32,000 nucleotides of DNA from Pseudoalteromonas obscura (GTDB lineage Bacteria; Pseudomonadota; Gammaproteobacteria; Enterobacterales; Alteromonadaceae). The position numbers and the translations under genes are program-made. The stretch covers positions 11,658 through 43,657 of the forward strand of contig NZ_JASJUT010000017.1 in assembly GCF_030135505.1 (NCBI RefSeq), read 5' to 3'. The number at the start of each line of letters is the position of its first letter. The first letter of the stretch is position 1. Below the pieces are notes generated by a model that saw nothing but the letters and a program-made list of their open reading frames with translations, did not search any database and had not been told where the DNA came from. Of the stretch, positions 19,839-27,740 are shown piece after piece.

Positions 19839-20963
19839 TTATTTCACTCCTGTATATGCTGCTACGAGCTGCTCCAAATGGGGTAAAGAGTCCTTTACTG
19901 ATGCGTAATCCACGCCAAAGTCCATTAAACACGCAATTTCATTCACGCCGATGTCCTGTGCCTGTTTGACGATCCGCTTACCATCTTCAACTGTGCCGAA
20001 CAACGCACCGGTCTTAAAATATCGCTGAAAAGCATATTCCAAAATACTGTCTTTATCTTGCTCACCAAATTCAGCAGCGCCCTTTTTCTGCAGCGAGTCA
20101 CTGGCTAGGTGGGCTTCCATTGAACTGCGAATATATGCTTTGAATGGACTTTCCACTGCGCGCTTCACTTGCGAGATAGAGTCTCCAATCAAGGTATGAA
20201 GCATCAGTGTGACCACCCCCGACTCAGGGTCAAAACCGGCCCGTTTTCTCGCCGCCCTATAAATGTTGATCTTTCGCTCCATGGAGGCAAGATCGACGCC
20301 GTAAAGCATGGTAAATACGTTGTGACCACTCGCACCAGCCTGCTCAAATCCCTTGTCATTTTGAGCGACTAACATCCACACGTTCAACGACTTTTGAATA
20401 GGTCTTGGGTAGACTTTGGTCGCATAAGAGGTGTTATCAGGTCCCTCAAACTCAACACTTTCCCCAGCCCACAGTCGTTTAACGATTGAGATCTGCTCCG
20501 TCATTTTCTCTCGACGGTCATCATAGTTATGTGGGGCATAAATAAAGTCAGGTTTATTCCACCCAGAGCCAAATCCCAGATCGACACGCCCATTGGACAG
20601 AATATCATTCATAGCCCACCATTCCACCACCTCTGCGGGGTGGTGCAGCGGTAAGCTCACGCCCGCAGTGCGAAAGCGAATATGCTTTGTTTGCGGGATA
20701 AGATAAGCCGCCATGACCGCTGAGTTTGGGAAAATCGCGCCAAATTCATGAAAGTGACGTTCAGGCAAGTAAACCGCGGTGAACTTAGCTTGATCTGCAA
20801 ACTGAGTCAACGCGGTGATAAAGTCGTATTTCTCTGAGCTGGTAATGTCTTTGCGGATGTCTGAAAAAAACATCATGCTGAACGCCATTTCTCCAGCCGG
20901 TTTGGGATCTGACTTCACAGGTAAAAAGTCAGTATCTAAACCTAACAGTGCTTGTATTGTCAT
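19839..20963 (-). CDS. Luciferase-like FMN-dependent monooxygenase (MupA type)
   Basis: AFSMMFFSDIRKDI, AVYLPERHFHEFGAIFPNSAVMAAYLIPQTKHIRFRTAGVSLPLHHPAEVVEWWAMNDILSNGRVDLGFGSGW is a typical PKS-associated LLM signature. ORF track starts at 20996, but ATG 20963 (MTIQALLGLD) with AAGGA upstream looks better. Confidence 0.88.
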   Translation of the reverse strand: MTIQALLGLDTDFLPVKSDPKPAGEMAFSMMFFSDIRKDITSSEKYDFITALTQFADQAKFTAVYLPERHFHEFGAIFPNSAVMAAYLIPQTKHIRFRTAGVSLPLHHPAEVVEWWAMNDILSNGRVDLGFGSGWNKPDFIYAPHNYDDRREKMTEQISIVKRLWAGESVEFEGPDNTSYATKVYPRPIQKSLNVWMLVAQNDKGFEQAGASGHNVFTMLYGVDLASMERKINIYRAARKRAGFDPESGVVTLMLHTLIGDSISQVKRAVESPFKAYIRSSMEAHLASDSLQKKGAAEFGEQDKDSILEYAFQRYFKTGALFGTVEDGKRIVKQAQDIGVNEIACLMDFGVDYASVKDSLPHLEQLVAAYTGVK

Positions 20964-21210
20964 CAATAATTTTATCCTTAAATTATTCCAGCCCAAAACG
21001 ACTGCGCTTCAGCACCCAGTATATCGTTACACATAATTTTTTAGTGTTGCGCATGCGGCAAACACTCTGGCACTGACAAAGTGATGTTGTAGAAATCGTA
21101 TTTGAATCGTTTTTGATTATGCAAAATTTTCCCACACAATCCAACCATTGTTCGTTGGCAAAATCACCTTAGGGATTTTTACACGCACTTTTTGTTTCGC
21201 TCATCTCATT

Positions 21211-21230
21211 TTGTCTCATGCGTGAGACAA
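21211..21230. promoter_or_regulatory. Perfect inverted repeat TTGTCTCA-TGCG-TGAGACAA in the divergent intergenic region; candidate regulator operator
   Basis: 8-bp arms, 4-bp spacer, read directly; lies between the divergent LLM and IleRS starts. Confidence 0.5.
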
Positions 21231-21232
21231 AC

Positions 21233-21250
21233 CTTTAATTGCAATTAAAG
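21233..21250. promoter_or_regulatory. 18-bp perfect palindrome CTTTAATTGCAATTAAAG adjacent to the previous inverted repeat
   Basis: Read directly; begins 2 bp after the first inverted repeat. Confidence 0.45.
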
Positions 21251-21568
21251 AAACAATAACAGTATCACCAATGGTTCGTACCACTCACCCTGCCACAACC
21301 GCATCAGATAGTTTAAACACACAATAAATACAATAGGTTAAACAGTTAAATTGATAACATATTTAGACTGAGATATACAAGGGTTTTACTGTGTGTAAAT
21401 ACCCAACCGTGCTCGGTGCCAGTGAAAACATACACCGAACCTACAATTCTCTTGGAAAATAATCCCATAAGTGCCGTAAGCCTTTTACGTTGTTGAATTT
21501 ATGGTATGATGAAATATCAGCTTATCGCTACAGCATAATGAACTCTAATTAAAGGTTACTTTGGCAGA

Positions 21569-24500
21569 ATGAACGGCAATACTCTCGATACAGATCAGAA
21601 TACATTTTCCTTTGTTGATGCGGAACGAAAAGTCCTTGATTTTTGGGAAAAACAGGATATTTTTCAGAAATCTCTTCGTCAAACAGCCAACAATCCACCC
21701 TATGCATTTTACGATGGTCCTCCATTTGCAACTGGTAAACCACACCATGGGCATCTGCTGGCATCCACCATTAAAGATATTATCCCTCGCTACTTTACGA
21801 TGAAAGGTTATTACGTCCAACGCCGTTTTGGCTGGGATTGTCATGGCCTACCTATTGAGCATGAAACCGATAAAACCTTGGGTATGTCAGCCAAAGAGGC
21901 CGTTGAGACCTTAGGGATCAAAGCATACAATGATGAATGTCGAGGTATCGTTCAACGCTATACTAAAGAGTGGCGCTCTACCGTTACACGCATTGGCCGC
22001 TGGGTCGATTTTGATAATGATTACAGAACCATGGAACCTTGGTACATGGAGTCTGTATGGTGGGTGTTCAAACAACTTTGGGAAAAAGACCTTATCACCC
22101 AAGGCGTCAAAGTTGTGCCGTTTTCTACCACTTTAGGCACCGTTTTATCTAACTTCGAAGCGGGCTCTAACTACAAAGATGTGCAAGATCCTGCACTTGA
22201 AGTGTTGTTCAAATTAGAAGACGAAGACTGCTATATCGCAGCGTGGACCACCACACCTTGGACTTTACCTTCCAACTTGGGACTGTGCGTCAAAGCCGAT
22301 GCCGACTACATAAAAGTGTTAGATGAAGATAAAGATATACACTTTATTATTGCCAAAGCGCGCCTTGAAGCCATAGGTAAAGGGAAAAACTTAACTGTAG
22401 TGCAAGAATATACAGGCGCGGAATTGGTCGGAAAACGCTATGAGCCGCTCTTTGATTATTTCAAAGAACTAAAGAATGAAGGCGCATTTGTTGTCCTTGC
22501 TGACGATTATGTCACCATGGACAGTGGTACGGGTATCGTACATATCGCACCAGCATTTGGTGAAGACGATAACCGCGTCATGAAAGAGGCAAATATTCAA
22601 GCCGTTGTGTGCCCTTTGAATATGGTTGGCGAGTTTACCGAAGAAGTGACGGACTTTAGCGGAATGCACGTCAAAGAAGCGGATAAGAAAATCATTCGCC
22701 ACTTAAAAGAAACAGGCCACCTGTACAGCCACACCACCATAGTGCACAGCTACCCGTTCTGCCCGCGTTCTGACACGCCGATCATCTACCGCTCTATTCC
22801 ATCATGGTATGTCAAAGTAGAGCAGATGCGCGACAAGCTCGTGGCATTGAATCAACAGATCAACTGGGTACCTGAATATATTAAAGAAGGCCGGATGGGG
22901 AACTGGTTGGCTGGCGCCATTGACTGGGCAGTCTCGCGAAACAGATACTGGGGAACACCGATTCCGCTGTGGCGCAACGACGTTACTGGCAACTATTTAT
23001 GTATTGGTTCAATTGAGGAATTGGAGCGCTATTCAGGGATCCGTGTCGATGACTTACACCGTGACTACGTCGATGATATTGCTTTCAGTGTGGCAGGTGA
23101 AGAAGGCACTTATCAGCGGATTGAGGAAGTACTCGATTGTTGGTTTGAGTCAGGCGCGATGCCGTATGCTCAGCTCCACTACCCGTTCGAAAATCAGTCT
23201 CTTTTCGAGTCCAGCTTTCCAGCTGAATTCATTGCCGAGGGACTAGACCAAACACGCGGTTGGTTTTATACCCTATTGGTATTAAGTCAGGCTTTACACG
23301 ATAAGCCCGCATTTAAGAACGTCATTGTTAATGGCATCGTGATGGCAGAAGATGGCAAGAAAATGTCGAAGCGCTTGCGCAACTACACTCAGCCAGATGA
23401 CATCATGGAAGAGTTTGGTGCCGATGCTCTACGCTTATATTTAATCAACTCAGGTTTGGTAAAAGGCGAACCACAACACTTTTCAAACGAAGGTGTGAAA
23501 CTGACCGTTCGTCGTGCCTTGCTGCCTTGGTGGAATGCTTTTAAGTTCCTGAAGACCTATATAGAAATCGACGGGTGGAAACCTTCAAATACCGCGCACA
23601 CAATCACCAATCCGTTGGATCATTGGATACTGTCCAAGCTGCAAACATTGAAGTTAAAGGTCACCACGGAGATCGAAAACTATCAGTTATATAACGTGAT
23701 CCCGGTGTTGTTTGAGTTTATTGAGCAATTGACCAACTGGTATATCCGCCTCAATCGCTCGCGCTTTTGGGCTGAAACACTGACTGAAGACAAGGCATGT
23801 GCATATCAGACGCTGTACACCTGTATCTATGAATTGAGCTTGGCCATGGCACCGTTTGCGCCGTTCTTGTCAGAGCATATCTATCAAGAGATGCTAGCCT
23901 TACAAGATCATGGGGAGCAACCTGAGTCAGTGCACTTGTGTGCATATCCAACCGTGGATGAAGCACTCATTCAGCCAGAGCTTGAAGATGCACTTGCGCT
24001 ATTACAAAACGTCGTGTTGCTAGGTCGTCAAAAGCGTAATAAAGAGCGGATCAAGACCAAAATCCCTCTAATGAGCCTAACAGTGATCCATCGCGATACA
24101 GGTCTCCTTCAAGAGATCAAGAAGTTAGAGTCTTACTTACAAACAGAGCTGAATGTAAAATCAGTCGTCTATCGTGAAGACGAAGACTCCTTTATCAATT
24201 TCTACGCCAAGCCAAATTCACCTTTGCTGGGCAAAAAGTTGGGTAAATCATTTAAGCAATATAAAACGCTTATTGAGGCACTCACTGGTGAGCAGTTACG
24301 TCAATTAGAGAAAGACGGCAGCATTGAACTTGAGGGCATGCGCTTCGACAAAGAAGAAATCCTCACTTTCCGTGAACCAAAAGAAGGCTCAGAAGTCATT
24401 TCTGATAGCTATATTTCCATTGAACTGGACTGTAAACTCAACGAGGAGTTATTGGCTGAGGGTCTGGCCCGTGAAATCGTTAATCGTGTTCAAAAAACAC

Positions 24501-24715
24501 GTAAGCAGCTTGATTTTAAGATCGAAGACCGTATTCATGTCGAATATGCATGTGATCAAGCACTCGACGCCGCTATCGCTGCACATACAGACACCATCTC
24601 ATCGGAGACATTGGCATTGAGCTTTGAAAAGCGCGATATCGCATCTGATGACACGGTTGCGCGTTATGATGTAGAGGGCCATACGCTATTGCTTAAGTTG
24701 AGTAAGGCGACATAA
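21569..24715 (+). CDS. ileS2: Isoleucyl-tRNA synthetase, eukaryotic-like type 2 (mupirocin-resistant class), probable self-resistance enzyme (MupM/TmlM type)
   Basis: 1048 aa; PPFATGKPHHGHLLASTIKDI (HXGH motif at 21743-21754), WDCHGLPIE, AWTTTPWTLPSN, DCWFESGAMPYAQ, DGKKMSKRLRNY (KMSKR at 23360-23374), FIEQLTNWYIRLNRSRFW. Confidence 0.95.
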   Translation: MNGNTLDTDQNTFSFVDAERKVLDFWEKQDIFQKSLRQTANNPPYAFYDGPPFATGKPHHGHLLASTIKDIIPRYFTMKGYYVQRRFGWDCHGLPIEHETDKTLGMSAKEAVETLGIKAYNDECRGIVQRYTKEWRSTVTRIGRWVDFDNDYRTMEPWYMESVWWVFKQLWEKDLITQGVKVVPFSTTLGTVLSNFEAGSNYKDVQDPALEVLFKLEDEDCYIAAWTTTPWTLPSNLGLCVKADADYIKVLDEDKDIHFIIAKARLEAIGKGKNLTVVQEYTGAELVGKRYEPLFDYFKELKNEGAFVVLADDYVTMDSGTGIVHIAPAFGEDDNRVMKEANIQAVVCPLNMVGEFTEEVTDFSGMHVKEADKKIIRHLKETGHLYSHTTIVHSYPFCPRSDTPIIYRSIPSWYVKVEQMRDKLVALNQQINWVPEYIKEGRMGNWLAGAIDWAVSRNRYWGTPIPLWRNDVTGNYLCIGSIEELERYSGIRVDDLHRDYVDDIAFSVAGEEGTYQRIEEVLDCWFESGAMPYAQLHYPFENQSLFESSFPAEFIAEGLDQTRGWFYTLLVLSQALHDKPAFKNVIVNGIVMAEDGKKMSKRLRNYTQPDDIMEEFGADALRLYLINSGLVKGEPQHFSNEGVKLTVRRALLPWWNAFKFLKTYIEIDGWKPSNTAHTITNPLDHWILSKLQTLKLKVTTEIENYQLYNVIPVLFEFIEQLTNWYIRLNRSRFWAETLTEDKACAYQTLYTCIYELSLAMAPFAPFLSEHIYQEMLALQDHGEQPESVHLCAYPTVDEALIQPELEDALALLQNVVLLGRQKRNKERIKTKIPLMSLTVIHRDTGLLQEIKKLESYLQTELNVKSVVYREDEDSFINFYAKPNSPLLGKKLGKSFKQYKTLIEALTGEQLRQLEKDGSIELEGMRFDKEEILTFREPKEGSEVISDSYISIELDCKLNEELLAEGLAREIVNRVQKTRKQLDFKIEDRIHVEYACDQALDAAIAAHTDTISSETLALSFEKRDIASDDTVARYDVEGHTLLLKLSKAT

Positions 24716-24731
24716 CCTAACACTATCCAGT

Positions 24732-24764
24732 TGTGCACAGTCACTTTTTAGGTGCCTGTGCACA
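24732..24764. terminator. Strong hairpin just after ileS2
   Basis: TGTGCACAG T CAC TTTTTAG GTG C CTGTGCACA: 9-bp perfect outer arms plus 3 bp; starts 17 bp after the stop. No clear 3' T-run, so a terminator role is not certain. Confidence 0.45.
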
Positions 24765-25201
24765 CTGTTAACTAGGCCAATAAATAGACAAATTTCTGCA
24801 AACATCGCCCACCCCTCCCCTTTCACTCTGTGACTCAATACATGCTTTACATGTTATTTATCAATGTTTACAATGTTTTTCATCATTCAATTACACGGCT
24901 GAAGATACGCCGTTGGTGTGCTGATTGTCATACATCAGAAAATAACCACACCCTGAGTGCCTAGACAAATAATAATTTAAGATCCCTTTAAACTGGGCGG
25001 TATTTCTGCGCTTATAATTCCATAAGCATCGCCTGTGTTTTGAGGTCACTTGATGCTGATCCCCTATCACCTTGTAGGCTTGCCGCCATGCTATCAAAGG
25101 TGTTTCGTCACGCGTGGCGATCGGCGTAATAGCACCTGTTTATGTCAGTGGCGACAAGCTATTTGACAATATATGAGCAACCAAAAAAGGAAGCTAACCC
25201 A

Positions 25202-26563
25202 GTGGATAGAACATGGATTTTGGATCGCGTAAAACAGTTCGATGAGACCCTTGCGGTTGTTGAAGAAGATAAATGCATTACCTTTGATGCAATTGCCCAA
25301 AGCGCTCACAATTGGCTGACCAATGAGTCGATCACAGAACGCAGTATCATTGTCATCAATGGATTATTTAACGCAACGACGTTGGGGTTGATGCTTTGTG
25401 CCTATATCAAGCAATGCACAATCGTGCCATTATTTAATAGCGATGCAACGCATGTAGACACGATCATTGACACGGTTCATCCAGATTTACTGTGTGACAC
25501 ACGCGACGACATCATGTACTGCAGCACGATAGCCCCCTTTGCAACCACCAAGCCTGCATTATTAAAGCAACTGAATACATTGGGAGAATCTGGACTGATC
25601 TTATACAGCTCTGGCAGCACAGGTACACCCAAAGCCATTTTACTCAGCTTAGACAAGCTTTTGCAGCGTTATCAAGTTCACAAAGAGCACCCCACCTCCA
25701 CCATCGCAGGCTTTTTGTTTTTTGATCACATTGGCGGTTTTGATGTCTTGATGCAGTGCCTAATGACAGGATGCACCTTGGTCAGCATGACTAAACGCAC
25801 CCCTGAAGATGTGTGTCAGGCCATTGAAAAACATCGTATCAATGTATTACCCACTACGCCGACTTTTCTCAACATGGTGTTGATCAACCGCAGCTATCAA
25901 CGTGTAGATCTAAGTTCACTTACCGTGATTGCATATGGCTCAGAAGTCATGCCACAAGCAACACTCGACTTGCTGCAACAAGCGTTGCCGCATGTCACGC
26001 TAAAACAAACATATGGTATGAGCGAGCTGGGGGTTTTACCCACAGAGTCGAAGGCAGGCAACTCACTGTGGCTAAAAATAAAAAAAACCGACTACAAAGT
26101 GCAGGATGGCGTGTTGTGGGTCAAATCGCCAACGGCCATGCTTGGTTACCTCAACCAAGATCATGCGCCATTGAATGATGGGTGGCTGTGCACTGGGGAT
26201 TTGGTGGAGCAACAGGGGGACTATATTCGCATTCTGGGGCGCCAGAGCACAGTGATAAATGTCGCGGGTGAAAAGGTATTTCCGGCCGAAATTGAAGCCT
26301 TCCTATTACAAATTCCATTTGTAAAGAATTCATCAGTCTGGGGGAAAAAGAACCCGATCACCGGAAAAATTGTCGCAGCGACAATTTACACTGATGAAGA
26401 AGTCGATCCGAAGCAGGCAAAAAAACATATTTTAGATATCTGTAAGCGAACCTTAGCCCCCTACAAAATTCCAAGACACTTCGAATTTGTAAATGAGCAG
26501 TATCATAGCGAAAGGTTTAAAAAAATCAATAAGATACAAGGAACACAAACCAGTGGAAAATAA
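25202..26563 (+). CDS. Acyl-AMP ligase / acyl-CoA synthetase (MupQ type)
   Basis: ORF track starts at 25142, but GTG 25202 (MDRTWILDRVKQF) is preceded by AAGGAAG. Motifs LILYSSGSTGTPKAILLS, TYGMSELGVLPTE, GWLCTGDLVEQQGDYIRILGRQSTVINVAGEKVFPAEIE. Confidence 0.88.
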   Translation: MDRTWILDRVKQFDETLAVVEEDKCITFDAIAQSAHNWLTNESITERSIIVINGLFNATTLGLMLCAYIKQCTIVPLFNSDATHVDTIIDTVHPDLLCDTRDDIMYCSTIAPFATTKPALLKQLNTLGESGLILYSSGSTGTPKAILLSLDKLLQRYQVHKEHPTSTIAGFLFFDHIGGFDVLMQCLMTGCTLVSMTKRTPEDVCQAIEKHRINVLPTTPTFLNMVLINRSYQRVDLSSLTVIAYGSEVMPQATLDLLQQALPHVTLKQTYGMSELGVLPTESKAGNSLWLKIKKTDYKVQDGVLWVKSPTAMLGYLNQDHAPLNDGWLCTGDLVEQQGDYIRILGRQSTVINVAGEKVFPAEIEAFLLQIPFVKNSSVWGKKNPITGKIVAATIYTDEEVDPKQAKKHILDICKRTLAPYKIPRHFEFVNEQYHSERFKKINKIQGTQTSGK

Positions 26564-27278
26564 AAAGGGTACAATTGTGATCAGCGGTGGAAGCCGAGGG
26601 TTGGGGTTCGAAATCGCGTCCCAATTTTTGCAGCAAGGATATACCGTTGCGACATTTTCAAGAGGCAGTACTGAGCATGTAACAGCACTTGCAGATGATC
26701 CACGCTTTTTTTGGAAGTCGGTTGATGGCAGTGACTATCAGGCTCTAACCGAATTTCTCAAAGAAGCTCAGCAGCGACTCGGCAATATTGTTGGCCTGGT
26801 CAACAATGCCGCCATTGGTGCGGATGGGGTGCTCAGCACAATGCGTACATCTGACATTGACCGGGCGTTGGATGTGAACCTCAAAGCACAGATCTATCTA
26901 TCAAAATTAGTTTCGAAGAAGCTCTTGCAAAACCGCGATGGGTTTATCATTAATATCTCTTCCATCATGGGCGTAAGAGGGTTACCTGGTGTTTCAATTT
27001 ACAGTGCCACAAAAGCGGCAATGGATGGCATGACCAGAAGCTTAGCGAAAGAGCTAGGCAGAAAAGGGATCCGTGTCAACTCTGTCTCTCCGGGCTATTT
27101 TGCCAGTGACATGGTGAAAGATCTGTCAGATGACATTTTAGGTAAAATTGAGCGCCGTACACCGCTAGGGCGCTTAGGTACACAGAGTGAGATTGCCAAG
27201 TTGGTGCTATTTTTAGCAACTGAGGGGCAATTTATCACCGGGCAAAACATCGTCATAGATGGAGGTTTTACATGTTAG
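26553..27278 (+). CDS. Short-chain dehydrogenase/reductase, FabG-like (MupS type)
   Basis: TIVISGGSRGLGFEIA, GLVNNAAIGADG, IINISSIMGVRG...YSATKAAMDGMTRSLAKELG, PGYFASDM, GQNIVIDGGFTC. GTG 26553 overlapping the ligase end is the likely start (ORF track begins at 26493). Confidence 0.9.
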   Translation: MENKKGTIVISGGSRGLGFEIASQFLQQGYTVATFSRGSTEHVTALADDPRFFWKSVDGSDYQALTEFLKEAQQRLGNIVGLVNNAAIGADGVLSTMRTSDIDRALDVNLKAQIYLSKLVSKKLLQNRDGFIINISSIMGVRGLPGVSIYSATKAAMDGMTRSLAKELGRKGIRVNSVSPGYFASDMVKDLSDDILGKIERRTPLGRLGTQSEIAKLVLFLATEGQFITGQNIVIDGGFTC

Positions 27279-27607
27279 ACACACAACAAGTTAAAAATGA
27301 GGTGTTGGATAGTATTATCCAAGAGGTGGCCACAATACTGTCTGAAAAGTCGCTGCCGATCACACAACTGGAAAGCGCTACAGCATTTTCTGAATTGTCA
27401 TTAACGTCTCTGGATTTGGCCGAACTGATCAGCAATCTAGAAGCGCGCTATGAAGTTGACCCATTCGAGGAATTGGTTGCCATCACCAGTGTCGTTACCA
27501 TAGATGATCTCGCTGCGGCTTATACGCTGGGCTTATCAGGTCAACCTGAGGGGACACATGACGCCCTCAGCGAAGAGCTAAAAGCCATAAAGAATCAAAC
27601 ACGGTAA
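27272..27607 (+). CDS. Discrete acyl carrier protein (mAcpD type)
   Basis: 111 aa; FSELSLTSLDLAELISNLEARYEVDPF; ATG overlaps the SDR stop. Confidence 0.82.
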   Translation: MLDTQQVKNEVLDSIIQEVATILSEKSLPITQLESATAFSELSLTSLDLAELISNLEARYEVDPFEELVAITSVVTIDDLAAAYTLGLSGQPEGTHDALSEELKAIKNQTR

Positions 27608-27740
27608 TCGAGCTAGACACTGACATATAAGATCATAGCGACACATTGGCTATATGCGCCATCATTTTGGTGCTCGCTATGGTATTTCAGCTGTTCATAT
27701 CTAGCGTGACTCAGAGATATAAACGTAGAAGTAAAAATAC

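Noticed and set aside
21000-21568. Searched by eye for a lux box, because mupirocin biosynthesis is quorum regulated
   Set aside because: The 20-bp TTGTCTCATGCGTGAGACAA has the right length but not the CTG...CAG core; no better candidate seen, so I do not call it a lux box.
23342-23400. Possibility that the IleRS is the ordinary housekeeping type 1 enzyme
   Set aside because: KMSKRLRNY plus PFATGxPHxGH and WDCHGLPIE in a 1048-aa protein fit type 2/eukaryotic-like IleRS, not the bacterial type 1 form (typically KMSKSxGN).
24891-25097. 68-aa minus-strand ORF between ileS2 and the ligase
   Set aside because: No domain and no convincing ribosome-binding site; the intergenic stretch is AT-rich and chance ORFs of this size are expected.
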